Made by a program: the position numbers and the translations under genes
The notes under the pieces: generated by a model
The model's database searches: none
The model's input: only the letters and a program-made list of their open reading frames with translations
Told to the model about the DNA's origin: nothing
Shown here: positions 49,924-60,300 of the stretch, one piece after another
How positions within the stretch are numbered: the first letter of the stretch is position 1
Layout: each line of letters starts with the position of its first letter
NCBI GenBank assembly: GCA_942490985.1
Contig: CALNYW010000007.1
Span: 107,657 to 171,656 of the forward strand
DNA from: an uncultured Gammaproteobacteria bacterium
GTDB taxonomy: Bacteria; Pseudomonadota; Gammaproteobacteria; Chromatiales; Chromatiaceae
Length of the DNA stretch: 64,000 nt
Reading direction: 5' to 3'

Positions 49924-51750
49924 ATGGTCAGCAATACCGAAAAAGCCGACAACATCAGGTCGGAAGTCTACACCTGGTCGGAGGTGATCCACATGATCGC
50001 GCAACATCGGCGCGAACTGGTGGCCGCGAACCTCATTGCAGTACTGGGTGCGCTGGCCGCAGTCCCGGTCCCACTGCTGATCCCGCTGCTCGTCGACGAG
50101 GTCCTGCTCGAAAAACCTGGCACCGCCGTCGGTTGGATGAACCAGCTGTTTCCGGAATCCTGGCACAGCCCGATCTTGTATATCTCTGCAGTACTCGTCC
50201 TGACGCTGGTGCTGCGGTTTCTAACGCTGGTGTTCAATGTCTGGCAGACGCGCGAATTCACCATCATCGCCAAAGACGTGATCTTCCGCATTCGCCGCAC
50301 CCTGCTGCAACGCCTCGAGCGATTCTCGATGGCGGAGTACGAAACCCTCGGCAGCAGCACCGTGGCATCGCACCTGGTCACCGACCTTGATGCGATCGAC
50401 CAATTCGTGAGTCAGACCACCAGCAAGTTCATTGTTGCGGTACTCAGCGTCGTCGGCACGGCCATCGTGTTGTTGTGGATGCACTGGCAGCTCGCGCTGT
50501 TCATTCTGTTACTCAACCCCTTCGTGATCTACCTCACAACGATTTTCGGGCGGCGCGTCAAGCTACTGAAGGCGCGGGAAAACAGCGCCTATCAGATTTT
50601 CCAGGAGTCGCTTGCCGAAACGCTCGACGCCATCCAGCAGATCCGCGCAAGCAATCGTGAACGCCACTACGTCAGGCGCGTCATCGATGCCGCCGGCAAG
50701 ATTCGCGACCACTCGGCTACCTTCACCTGGAAGAGCGACGCCGCCAATCGGCTGTCATTCATGGTGTTCCTGTTCGGCTTCGACATCTTCCGCGCGCTGT
50801 CGATGCTGATGGTGCTTTACTCCGATCTGACCATCGGACAGATGCTGGCCGTGTACGCGTATCTCTGGTTCATGATGACGCCGGTGCAGGAAATTCTGAA
50901 TATTCAGTACGCCTACCTGGCGGCTAAGGCCGCGTTGGGACGAATCAATCAATTGATGAATGTTGGCCTCGAACCCCGCTACCCCAGCAATCAAAATCCA
51001 TTCTCCGGTTCGCGCACCACGAGCATCGAGATTGAAGGGGTCAGTTTCCGCTATGGTGAGGGTCCCTGGGTACTGAACGATGTCAACTTGAAGGTCGCTG
51101 CCGGAGAAAAAGTCGCCCTGGTTGGTGCCAGCGGTGGCGGCAAAACGACGCTCGTACAGATCGTCCTCGGCCTCTACACGCCACAACACGGCCGCGTAGC
51201 CTTCAACGGCGTACCGGTGGAGCAGATCGGGCTGGATGTGGTGCGAGATAACGTCTCCACGGTGCTCCAGCATCCTGCACTGTTCAATGACACGGTCCGC
51301 AACAACCTCACGCTCGGCCGCCCCACCGCCGAAGAGCAGCTTTGGCAGGCCCTCGAGGTGGCGCAACTCGCCGACGTGATACGTGATCTGAGTGATGGCC
51401 TCGAGACGCGGGTCGGCCGCGACGGCATTCGGCTTTCTGGTGGTCAACGGCAGCGCCTGGCTATTGCCCGCATGGTCTTGAGCGACCCTGCCATCGTGAT
51501 TTTGGATGAGGCGACTTCAGCGCTCGACACCACCACGGAACGTGCGCTCCATCAGGCCCTTCAGGCATTTCTCCAGGGCCGTACAACGCTGATCATCGCC
51601 CACCGTCTCAGCGCGGTTCGCCAGGCCGATCGTGCGTTGGTGTTCGAGGACGGGCATATCGTCGAGAACGGAACCCACGATGACCTGATGCGTAATGACG
51701 GGTTGTACGCCAGCCTTTACCGCCGCGCCGAGGGGCAGGATTCCCACTGA
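49924..51750 (+). CDS. ABC exporter, fused permease/ATPase (MsbA-like type)
   Basis: Six-TM N-terminal half. Walker A GASGGGKTT, signature LSGGQRQR, Walker B IVILDEATSALD. The start could instead be the internal MIAQHRREL. Confidence 0.85.
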   Translation: MVSNTEKADNIRSEVYTWSEVIHMIAQHRRELVAANLIAVLGALAAVPVPLLIPLLVDEVLLEKPGTAVGWMNQLFPESWHSPILYISAVLVLTLVLRFLTLVFNVWQTREFTIIAKDVIFRIRRTLLQRLERFSMAEYETLGSSTVASHLVTDLDAIDQFVSQTTSKFIVAVLSVVGTAIVLLWMHWQLALFILLLNPFVIYLTTIFGRRVKLLKARENSAYQIFQESLAETLDAIQQIRASNRERHYVRRVIDAAGKIRDHSATFTWKSDAANRLSFMVFLFGFDIFRALSMLMVLYSDLTIGQMLAVYAYLWFMMTPVQEILNIQYAYLAAKAALGRINQLMNVGLEPRYPSNQNPFSGSRTTSIEIEGVSFRYGEGPWVLNDVNLKVAAGEKVALVGASGGGKTTLVQIVLGLYTPQHGRVAFNGVPVEQIGLDVVRDNVSTVLQHPALFNDTVRNNLTLGRPTAEEQLWQALEVAQLADVIRDLSDGLETRVGRDGIRLSGGQRQRLAIARMVLSDPAIVILDEATSALDTTTERALHQALQAFLQGRTTLIIAHRLSAVRQADRALVFEDGHIVENGTHDDLMRNDGLYASLYRRAEGQDSH

Positions 51751-52715
51751 TGCCGGTGATCAACAGTGCGTTCCGGCCCGCTTGGTGGTTACCCGGGCCG
51801 CATGCGCAGACGCTGTGGCCGGCGATGATGCGACGACGTCAGCCACTCGAGGTCACTTGGCAGCGGCTCGAACTCGACGACGGGGACTTCCTCGATCTCG
51901 CCTGGCACGGTCCCGATGATGCACCGGTTGTGATGCTGTTACACGGCCTCGAAGGCAGCATCCAGTCACATTACGCCACCGGCATCATGCGGGCGCTTGC
52001 AGGCGTCGGCTTACGTGCCTGCCTGATGCATTTTCGTGGCTGTAGCGGCAAACCGAACCGCCTGCCAATCAGCTATCACAGCGGCAAGACCGATGACCCT
52101 CAGCGGGTGGCGGAGCACATCGCGGCGACAACGGGCTCAGCGCCCTTCGGTGCCGTTGGCGTCTCGCTCGGCGGCAACGTGTTGCTGAAGTGGCTTGGCG
52201 AAATGGGCCTCGACCACCCTTTACAACGTGCCGTTGCGGTATCCGTCCCTTTCAATCTGAGCGAGGCGGCCATTCGCCTCGAGGAAGGCGGATCACGCTT
52301 CTACAAACGTCACCTGATGAAGAGCATGAAGGCGTCCTACCACCGTAAATTCTCGACGATGCCCTCACCGCTACAGGTAGACCTGGACCGACTCGACACC
52401 TTTCACGCGTTCGACGACGCGATCACCGCGGCATTGCACGGCTTCAACGGCGTCGATGACTACTACGCACGATGCAGCAGTCGACAATTCATCCCGCAGA
52501 TAAAGATCCGCACACTGATCCTGCATGCCAGTGACGATCCGTTCATGTATCCCAAAACCGCACCACTGCCGCATGAGATCCCGCCCGCCGTGACCCTCGA
52601 GTTGAGTCCGCGCGGCGGTCATATCGGATTCGTAGAGGGTAACCTGCCGTGGCGGGCGCAATATTACGCGGAAGCACGCATTGCCGCGTGGTTTGCCGCA
52701 GCGGGAGATGACTGA
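51750..52715 (+). CDS. alpha/beta-fold hydrolase (YheT-like)
   Basis: 321 aa. The N-terminus ..WWLPGPHAQTLWPAMMRR.. is typical of the YheT group. Nucleophile elbow GVSLGGN. TGATG overlap with the ABC exporter stop. Confidence 0.7.
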   Translation: MPVINSAFRPAWWLPGPHAQTLWPAMMRRRQPLEVTWQRLELDDGDFLDLAWHGPDDAPVVMLLHGLEGSIQSHYATGIMRALAGVGLRACLMHFRGCSGKPNRLPISYHSGKTDDPQRVAEHIAATTGSAPFGAVGVSLGGNVLLKWLGEMGLDHPLQRAVAVSVPFNLSEAAIRLEEGGSRFYKRHLMKSMKASYHRKFSTMPSPLQVDLDRLDTFHAFDDAITAALHGFNGVDDYYARCSSRQFIPQIKIRTLILHASDDPFMYPKTAPLPHEIPPAVTLELSPRGGHIGFVEGNLPWRAQYYAEARIAAWFAAAGDD

Positions 52716-52776
52716 AGCCGGGTTGACGCAACCCGATGATCGGCCGCCCGGCGCGACGATAATAGGTGTCGCCTGG

Positions 52777-53133
52777 CTACATTAACTGGTAGGGCGTTTC
52801 CTGCTCAAGACCCAGCATCTGCGCGCCCATTTTGAGCGCCTGATCCGAAAACTCAGAAAGCTGCCCCCATCGGCTGCCCGTTTCCATGACTTCGTCCATC
52901 GCCGAATTAATCAAACGCAGCGCATGGGTACCGGCATCGCGTTGACCCGGTGGCAGTTTCTCAGAGGCGATATACAGTCGCGGATGCGCTTCTCCCTCAT
53001 GGACGAACGCCGCCAAAAAGGTGTAATCACGATCGTCGCCGCTCTCGATTTCACCCAATATCGTGACGCCGAAGTCACCGTAGCGATAACGGTGTTGCGG
53101 GATCGCAGTTTGAATTTTTGGAAAGTCTGCCAT
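52777..53133 (-). CDS. hypothetical protein (118 aa), no family recognised
   Basis: Clean ORF with composition matching its neighbours and no competing frame. No motif that I can name. Confidence 0.45.
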   Translation of the reverse strand: MADFPKIQTAIPQHRYRYGDFGVTILGEIESGDDRDYTFLAAFVHEGEAHPRLYIASEKLPPGQRDAGTHALRLINSAMDEVMETGSRWGQLSEFSDQALKMGAQMLGLEQETPYQLM

Positions 53134-53154
53134 CAGCCAGCTTCGGTATTACCG

Positions 53155-53571
53155 TTACTCTTCATTACGATCTGCTTCCGCAAAACGCGTGCTGCCGACC
53201 CGCAATATCAGGATCGAAACGCAGAGTAGCAGAATCGCTCCGGTCAACGTGATCATGTGAATGTCGGACATTTCCTTGATATCGATTGCCAGCACCCGGG
53301 TAAGCGCGGTCACCGCGATATAGATCAGATATCGAACCGGTAGTCGCTTGGTCTTGAAGTAGATCCCAACCATCGCGCCCAACTCGAGGTAGATGAACAG
53401 CAGCAGCACATCCTTGATCTTCGGACCGCCCGCCTCGATGATATGGAAAACCTCCGCCCAGGAAGCCCACACGATCGCCGCTCCAATCACAAAGAGGCCA
53501 AACAGATGGAACGCCTCGAACATCTTGTTGCCGATGTCAACCAGGTTACGGTCGAGGAGGTAGTGTTTCAT
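53155..53571 (-). CDS. psiE: PsiE-family (phosphate-starvation-inducible) membrane protein
   Basis: ATG 53571: MKHYLLDRNLVDIGNKMFEAFHLFGLFVIGAAIVW...LLLFIYLELGAMVGIYFKTKRLPVRYLIYIAVTALTRVLAI. 138 aa with four TM segments. The long upstream extension in the track is antisense to the neighbouring gene. Confidence 0.7.
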   Translation of the reverse strand: MKHYLLDRNLVDIGNKMFEAFHLFGLFVIGAAIVWASWAEVFHIIEAGGPKIKDVLLLFIYLELGAMVGIYFKTKRLPVRYLIYIAVTALTRVLAIDIKEMSDIHMITLTGAILLLCVSILILRVGSTRFAEADRNEE

Positions 53572-53614
53572 GACGAGAGGTTCCTTGACGTCCAATTTCC
53601 GAAGGTTAGCCAAG

Positions 53615-54031
53615 TTGCCAATCCGGTGCAAAAAAACGCCCTGCCTTATCTTGTTGTGCTGCACTTTTGGCGGCACACCGCACGCCGCTGCGACTGACGC
53701 TGAGCAGGCGCTGCGCGAATGCGTCGGCAAGGCGACCTCATCCGCCGCGGTCATCGCCTGTGAAACCGCCGCCCGCGCTGCCCTGCAACGCCGGGTTGCC
53801 GAACTCACTGACGCCCTCCGCGATCGGATCAGTGCCAAAGACCGCATCGCGCTGGAAAGCAATGTGGCTGCCTGGGAGGCCTTCGCAAAAGAAGAAAACC
53901 GTCTGATCACGCTGTTTTACGCGAAGCGACGCGACAACCTCGGCGCGCAGCTGACTGCCGGCGCGGTCAACCAACTGCTTGAGCAACGCATCAGCCAGCT
54001 GCGAGCCTATCTGCACAGTCTGCCCAACTAG
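53615..54031 (+). CDS. DUF1311/LprI-like periplasmic protein
   Basis: Cys pair plus helical text (..ECVGKATSSAAVIACETAARAALQRRVAELTDAL...NVAAWEAFAKEENRL..). I prefer the TTG at 53615 (GAAGG upstream, signal-like LPIRCKKTPCLILLCCTFGG). The track ATG at 53570 overlaps the divergent psiE start codon. Confidence 0.5.
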   Translation: MPIRCKKTPCLILLCCTFGGTPHAAATDAEQALRECVGKATSSAAVIACETAARAALQRRVAELTDALRDRISAKDRIALESNVAAWEAFAKEENRLITLFYAKRRDNLGAQLTAGAVNQLLEQRISQLRAYLHSLPN

Positions 54032-54128
54032 CCCGGATGCCGAAAAACAACCCCGAATGCTGTGCAAGGATCAGCCGCGGCGCTGAGCATGTAGAATTCA
54101 GGTTTTCGTTAGCAACAAACCGAACAAA

Positions 54129-54365
54129 ATGCCTTATTACGTCTACTACGTCGAACAACAGGAAGCAGCGGACCGCAAACAGCTCGAGCACCTCGAGACC
54201 TTTGACAACTTCAAAGCCGCTCGCACGCTCGCACGCGAGCAACGCGGGGAATTGCGCAACGCGGGCAGTAGCCGCGACTGTCGACTGATTTTCGCCAAGA
54301 ACCAAACTGAAGCCGAAAAGCTGTTGAGCGCGCCGCGTGAAGAACGCGTGGTCGGCGAAGACTGA
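54129..54365 (+). CDS. small conserved hypothetical protein (78 aa)
   Basis: MPYYVYYVEQQEAADRKQLEHLETFDNFKAARTLAREQRGELR...IFAKNQTEAEKLL. This resembles a small gammaproteobacterial family whose name I cannot recall. Confidence 0.45.
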   Translation: MPYYVYYVEQQEAADRKQLEHLETFDNFKAARTLAREQRGELRNAGSSRDCRLIFAKNQTEAEKLLSAPREERVVGED

Positions 54366-54384
54366 CACCTTCCCTGGCTGGCGG

Positions 54385-54915
54385 TCAGTCGAGACCCGCG
54401 AGCCAGAGGCGCAGCCGAAGTCCGATCTCAGTCGAGTAGCCTTGGCTGGCATGCGTGATGGCGCCTCCGCTGTCGACGACAAACGTCGATGGCACACCAA
54501 ACACGCCCCACCGGCGGGCGATATCCCCCTGCTGATCAATAAGCGTCGGCATGGTCAACGCGTGCTCGTCGAGAAAAGCCTGCACCTCGTCGGCTGGACC
54601 CGAAGATAAAGCGATGGTTATTACGCGGTGATCTTTCGCGATATCGTCGATGCTGTCTTGACCCAGCCGACAAACGGGACACCATTCCGCCCAGAAATGC
54701 ACCAGCACGGGATGCTCCCCCGCTGAATCCAGCTGATAGGGCGTACCATCCACCAACAAGCCGGCCAACGGCGGGGCCTGATCTTTGACCAGATCGCGCG
54801 ACTGCCACCACTGCACGGCCGCTAAAATCAGCACGAACAGCAAGATATCGCGCAACCAACGAAGGCCGCGGCGATAACGTCGTGGGGGTGGGGCCTGATG
54901 GGATTGCGCACTCAT
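54385..54915 (-). CDS. membrane-anchored thioredoxin-fold protein disulfide oxidoreductase (TlpA/ResA-like)
   Basis: N-terminal TM (ILLFVLILAAVQWW) and active-site text HFWAEWCPVCR. Confidence 0.75.
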   Translation of the reverse strand: MSAQSHQAPPPRRYRRGLRWLRDILLFVLILAAVQWWQSRDLVKDQAPPLAGLLVDGTPYQLDSAGEHPVLVHFWAEWCPVCRLGQDSIDDIAKDHRVITIALSSGPADEVQAFLDEHALTMPTLIDQQGDIARRWGVFGVPSTFVVDSGGAITHASQGYSTEIGLRLRLWLAGLD

Positions 54916-54995
54916 GGCGGAACGTTAACGGGAAACCCACCGGTTATCGCCCTGTTGTCTATGAGATAGCCGGCAAGACGCCGGCCGCGACGCGC

Positions 54996-55658
54996 TTAAC
55001 GCGAGGCAAGCTGGTCGCCGGGGACCTGCGCACGGTAAAACCGCAGCACCTTTTGCACGTAGTTTTGGGTCTCGCGGTAGGGCGGAATAGTGTTGCCATA
55101 GCGGATCACGGCATTTTCGCCGGCGTTGTAAGCCGCCAGAGCGAGTTTCAGGTCGCTGTCGAACAGCTTCAACAAGTCGCTCAGGTAGGCCGTGCCGCCA
55201 CGAACATTCTGCTCGGGATCGCCACGGTCATCCACGCCGTAACGCGCTGCGGTTGCCGGCATCAATTGCATGAGCCCCATCGCACCTTTCGACGACAGTG
55301 CATCGGCGCGGTAGGCAGACTCGGCACGAATCACCGCATGAACCAACTCGGGCCGAAGCTGATGCACCGTGGCAACCCGCTCGATCAGTGGCGCCAGCGC
55401 ATCACGCCGCTTGTTCATTGCCGCCAACGAGGCACCGGGCCGAGCCGCGGGACGCCCGGTCGAAAAGCCATAGCGCTTGAGCAACGTCATGCCGCGCATC
55501 GGTTTATCCGTCAACAGGATCTGCCCGTAACGGTCACGGTATTTGTAAACCTCGGCCGAGCTTGCCGCCGCAAACAGCAGACTGCAAACCGCACACGCTA
55601 TCAACAGTGTATCGACGACCCGCATGCTATCTCCAAAAGGCAGCCAAGACTCGGACAA
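54996..55658 (-). CDS. lytic transglycosylase (SLT domain) with DUF4124-like N-terminus
   Basis: VYKYRDRYGQILLTDKP at the N-terminus, then SLT text VIRAESAYRADALSSKGAMGLMQLMPATAARYGV and AAYNAGENAV. Confidence 0.8.
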   Translation of the reverse strand: MSESWLPFGDSMRVVDTLLIACAVCSLLFAAASSAEVYKYRDRYGQILLTDKPMRGMTLLKRYGFSTGRPAARPGASLAAMNKRRDALAPLIERVATVHQLRPELVHAVIRAESAYRADALSSKGAMGLMQLMPATAARYGVDDRGDPEQNVRGGTAYLSDLLKLFDSDLKLALAAYNAGENAVIRYGNTIPPYRETQNYVQKVLRFYRAQVPGDQLASR

Positions 55659-55715
55659 TACGGTCAGCAGGGGCTGGCCATGTGCCTAGTTTAGCGGCAA
55701 CCCGCCCGGCGAGCT

Positions 55716-56318
55716 TTAACCCACATGCCGCCATACCAACATCCGGTTATTGACCGGCATTTCCACGTCCTCATCCAACACCAGCCCATTGGGCTTGGCC
55801 AGCTGCCGCAACCAGGATAGGTCACGAATGCCCATGTCGGGGTCGCGATGGCGCAACCAATAGTCAAAATCCGCATTGCTCGGTGCGGTAAATTCGCCGT
55901 CATAGTTGAACGGCCCGTAGAGCAGAAACAGCCCGTCTGGCTCGAGTACCCGCCCGATCCCCGCAAACATCGCAGCGACAGCGGCCTCCGGCATGATGTG
56001 CGCGGTATTGGCGCTGAAGGCGGCATCGTAAGAGGCCTTGGGCCAATCGTCTTCGATGACATCCAGTGCCAGCGGAGGCGCAACGTTCGGCAAAGCGGCT
56101 TCTTCCAGCCAAGCCAGGATACCCGCGTGCTGATCCCGACAATCGCTGGTCTGCCAGTGAAGATGAGGCAGTTCCGGGGCGAAATACACCGCATGCTGGC
56201 CGGTGCCACTACCGATCTCCAGCAGGCGGCTGCTGGCAGACAACCGCGGCTGCAACACGCGCAGGATCGGCGCACGATTTTCGACACATGACGGCGAGAA
56301 TGGCTTTTCGGTGGTCAT
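55716..56318 (-). CDS. DUF938-type class I SAM methyltransferase-like protein
   Basis: ATG 56318: MTTEKPFSPSCVENRAPILRVLQP..LLEIGSGTGQHAVYFAPELPHLHWQTSD..FSANTAHIM..LLYGPFNYDGEFT. Confidence 0.65.
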   Translation of the reverse strand: MTTEKPFSPSCVENRAPILRVLQPRLSASSRLLEIGSGTGQHAVYFAPELPHLHWQTSDCRDQHAGILAWLEEAALPNVAPPLALDVIEDDWPKASYDAAFSANTAHIMPEAAVAAMFAGIGRVLEPDGLFLLYGPFNYDGEFTAPSNADFDYWLRHRDPDMGIRDLSWLRQLAKPNGLVLDEDVEMPVNNRMLVWRHVG

Positions 56319-56328
56319 CGCCGCTTGC

Positions 56329-56817
56329 TCAAGCACCGCAACACTTCTTGAATTTGCGCCCGCTGCCGCAGGGACAGGGATCGTTCCGCCCCACCTTTGG
56401 CGCCGCGTGGCGTTGAGTGGCAGGTTTTGGCGTGTCACCGTCGACGTAGTACCAGCGGCCGCTCTCGCGTTTGAAGCGACTGCGTTCACGGTGCTCGCGG
56501 GCCACACCGTCCTCATCGAAACGGGCAATGAACTCAACTATCCCATCCGTAGCGTCGGCGCCGCCCGCCTCCGTCGTGACGATTTCCAGGCCACCCCATT
56601 GCGCCGACTCCGCCCAACGGCGGGTGGCGTCCCTGTCCCAATCCGCGCGGTGCGCGGGATGGAGGGTATCGCCGAGATAATCGATGGCGTGTTCGACGTA
56701 GGCCGCGTAACGCGAGCGCATCAGCGCTTCCGCCGTTGGCGGCATCGCGGCGCCGGAAATGAATGGCTGACAACAACGCTCGAACGAATCGCCCGAACCA
56801 CAGGGACAGGACTGCAT
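56329..56817 (-). CDS. ychJ: YchJ-family protein with SEC-C motifs at both ends
   Basis: [16 protein letters not shown] at the N-terminus and [16 protein letters not shown] at the C-terminus. Confidence 0.8.
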   Translation of the reverse strand: MQSCPCGSGDSFERCCQPFISGAAMPPTAEALMRSRYAAYVEHAIDYLGDTLHPAHRADWDRDATRRWAESAQWGGLEIVTTEAGGADATDGIVEFIARFDEDGVAREHRERSRFKRESGRWYYVDGDTPKPATQRHAAPKVGRNDPCPCGSGRKFKKCCGA

Positions 56818-57181
56818 AGATAACCCGAGTTACTTGGGAACAACGACGCCGAATTTTAGCGTGAAGTCAGCGGCAATGCCGGGAAACAGATAGTCGGGAT
56901 AGAAAAACCACCGAGATCTTGGGAAGCCGCCTCTAGACCCCTGGTTCCGCTATTGTCGGTGGCAATCGAGCGAGGGTTAGCTCAGCCGCCCACCAGTTGA
57001 GCTAAGACGTGTGCGATAATCAGAAGCACACCGGCCTCCGAGAGCAAAACCCAAAAGGGCGTCCCGGCAGGGGGAGAGCGTAACGCTGTTCTGGCTGGTT
57101 CGTACTGCATGGCGTTTCTCTTGTGGTACATTTAAAATACGTTGTATACACAAAATATATACCTTATCGCCGCCTTTATCA

Positions 57182-57331
57182 ATGCCAAAAGAAAAGATCA
57201 TCAATTTCCGTATCGACGCTGAGCTGAAAAGCAGAGCCAGAAAAGTCGCCGAAGCCGACGGTCGAAGCCTGTCGAACTGGATAACCCTGCTGATCGAGAG
57301 AGAGATCAAGAAATCCCGCAAGAAGAACTGA
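57182..57331 (+). CDS. ribbon-helix-helix (Arc/CopG-like) small DNA-binding protein, 49 aa, no partner gene
   Basis: Too short for the ORF track. Translation: MPKEKIINFRIDAELKSRARKVAEADGRSLSNWITLLIEREIKKSRKKN*. This gives a beta strand (INFRID) and two helices, as in RHH antitoxins and repressors. No obvious Shine-Dalgarno sequence. It sits in a local AT-rich patch. Confidence 0.45.
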   Translation: MPKEKIINFRIDAELKSRARKVAEADGRSLSNWITLLIEREIKKSRKKN

Positions 57332-57352
57332 CAAAAGGGCACTGCGCGCCGA

Positions 57353-60300
57353 TCAGAGTGCCAGTTCAGCCCATCGCCGCTGAATGCGCTTGACCGATAC
57401 CGGGTGTGCCGTCCCAAGCTCTTGCGCAAACAGCGACACCCGCAGCTCCTCGAGCATCCACCGAATTTCATCGAGCCGTGGGTCGCGTTGACCGCCGCGC
57501 GCTGCCGCCGCGCGCTGGCGCTCGCGCCAGGGCTGCTCGACAAGGCGCAGCTCCGCCAGACGCTGTTGATCGCGCAGCGCGCCGTCATGCAGCTTGTCGA
57601 TCCTCCGCACTAACCCGTTGAGGTAGCGCGGATACTGCGCCAACTGTTGCAGACCGACGTGTTGCAGAAATCCCTGATAGACCAGGTCGGCAAGCTGCGT
57701 CTGCATGTCGTCAATCGACGCACGCCAGTTGGGCTGATTCAGCGTCGCCAGCGCCGCACGGGCCTGATGAGCCAACGCCAAGATATCCGCTACTTGATCG
57801 CTGATTGTCGCCAACGCGGCACCAAGCAGCGGTCTGCCCGCCTCCCTGCAGCGCTGGAAGGCGTCGGCGTCGCGAATCGACCAGGGATCTGTTAGAAACG
57901 CCTGCTCAAACGCAAGTGCCATGATGTCATCGAGCAATTCGCTTTGCTGATCGACGGCCGATCCTGAGAGTGTCGCTGCCGGCGCTTTGGCGTACTGCAA
58001 CTTCATCCGCGCAAGATCGCGAATATTTTTCTGTAGATTGCGTCGTGTCCGTGATTCAACCAGCATCAACAAACGACGGACGCCGTTGCGATGGGCCCGC
58101 TGCGCGTTGGGCAGGCTATCGAGGTCTTGCAGCCGCACATGGTCACCCGCATCCACCAGCGCCGGGTACACACGGATCTGGAGCTTGCCGGCTCGCTGCT
58201 GACGTTGTTCTGGCAGGGTACCGCAGTCCCACGATGTCAGTCGCGTCGCCTGATCTTGCTCGGCGAGTGCGTTGGCCGACTCGCCGAAGTGGCCGGCATA
58301 GGTCTGCTGCAAAGCGGCAATGTCCCGGGAGATGGCGAGCGGCCTTTTCCCCTGCGGGTCGAGCACCTGCAGACGCAACTGAAGATGTTGCGGCAATGCG
58401 TCGACGGACCAGGCGTCTTCCGGGACGGTAACCCCCGCTATGTCCCTGAGCACCTGGCCGAGGCTCTGAATCAAGGGTGCGTCCGACCGCGGCAGTGCAA
58501 CCAGGCAGCGCTCCGCATAATCGGGAACGGGCACCAGCTGGCGCCTTATGGATTTCGGCAGCCCCTTCAACAACGCCGTTATTTTCTCGAGCAGCAAGCC
58601 TGGCACCAGTCGATCGGCAACACCCGGGGTGACCTGCCCGATCATCGACACCGGCACCGACAGGGTTACCCCATCGTCCTCTTCGCCTGGCGAGAATCGA
58701 TAATGCAGCGGCAGCTTGCTGTCATTGAGATCGAGGTGATCTGGATACTGTTCAGCCGTTTCCTTTGCCGGTTCGACCTTGAGGATGTCGGCTACGCGCA
58801 TGTGCAAGCACTTGGCCTGGCTCCGCGGTTGCTTGCGCAACCAGGTCTCGAGTTGCGCCACGCTGTAGATGTCGCCCGGGATCCGGTTCGCGTAAAAGCC
58901 GTAGATCACTTCCTCATCGACAAGCATATCGCGCCGACGCGACTTCGCTTCCGAGGCCCGCAGATCGGCGATCAGTTCACGGTTATGGCGCCAGAAAGGC
59001 GCCTTGGTCTGCATATCGCCCTCGGTCAGACCATGTCGCAGAAAGATCTCGTGCGATGTCTCGGGATCGATCGGGCCATAGTTGACCCGGCGCCGCGGCA
59101 CGATCGGCAACCCATAGAGCGTGACCTTTTCATCGGCGCCGACCTGGCCACGCCGGGCTTGCCACCGCGGCGCCGCGTAGCTGTGCTTGATCAGGTGGCC
59201 GGCCAGCGGCTCAATCCATTCGGGCTCTATTGCCGCCACCGCGCGCGCATAGAGTCGCGTTGTCTCGACCAATTCAGCCGCCATCACCCATTTGGGCTGC
59301 TTACTGAACAGCGCCGAACCCGGAAAGATATAGAAGCGGCGATTGCGCGCGCCCAGATAGTCACGCTCCTTGCCCTGCCCGCGCAAACCGATATGGCTCA
59401 GCAACCCACTCAGCAATGCGCGATGCAGGGTCGCGTAATCGGCCGGCGCCTCGTTGTCACGGTAACCCAGTTCATGCATCTGCAGGCGCAGCTGAACGAC
59501 CACGTCGTGCCATTCCCTTACCCGGGTGGCCGACAGAAAATACTGCCGGCAGAGGCGTTCGAATTTGCGCCGCGTCAGATGGCGTCGATTCTCTTCGAGA
59601 AACTTCCACAGGTTCAGCAGGCCGACAAAATCAGAACGCTCATCCGCAAACTGGGCATGGGCTTCATCGGCCTCCTGTCGTTTCTCAACGGGCCGGTCGC
59701 GCGGGTCCTGGATCGACAACGCCGCGGCAATCACCAGCACCTCGCCCAGGCAGGCGGAATGTGCCGCCGCGAGCAACATCCGCCCGATTCGGGGATCGAC
59801 GGGCAAGCGGGCCAGCGTCCGACCCAAACGGGTAACCGTGCGCTGCCGATCCACCGCGGCGAGCTCTTCGAGCAGCTTGTAGCCATCCCGCACCAGACGA
59901 CCATCGGGCGGATCGACGAACGGGAAGCGATCGACCTCACCGAAGCCAAGCGTCGCCATCTGCAAGATGACGGCGGCCAGGTTGGTGCGCTGTATCTCCG
60001 GCTCCGTGAAGGCCGGCCTCGCGTCGAAATCGTCCTCGTCATAGAGGCGAATGCAGATACCGTCCGCCACGCGCCCACAGCGCCCTTTGCGCTGCTCCGC
60101 GCTGGCCTGGGAGATACGCTCGATCGGCAGCCGCTGAATCTTGCTGCGCGCGCTGTAGCGACTGATCCGCGCAAAACCCGCGTCGATGACGTAGCGGATG
60201 CCAGGCACCGTCAGCGAGGTCTCCGCGACGTTGGTCGCCAACACGATACGGCGATGGCCACTGGGGATGAATACCCGCGCCTGTTCGGCGGGGCTCAAGC

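Noticed and set aside
56977-57588. 203-aa minus-strand ORF
   Set aside because: It overlaps the 3' end of hrpA in another frame and runs antisense through the RHH gene. I see no motifs.
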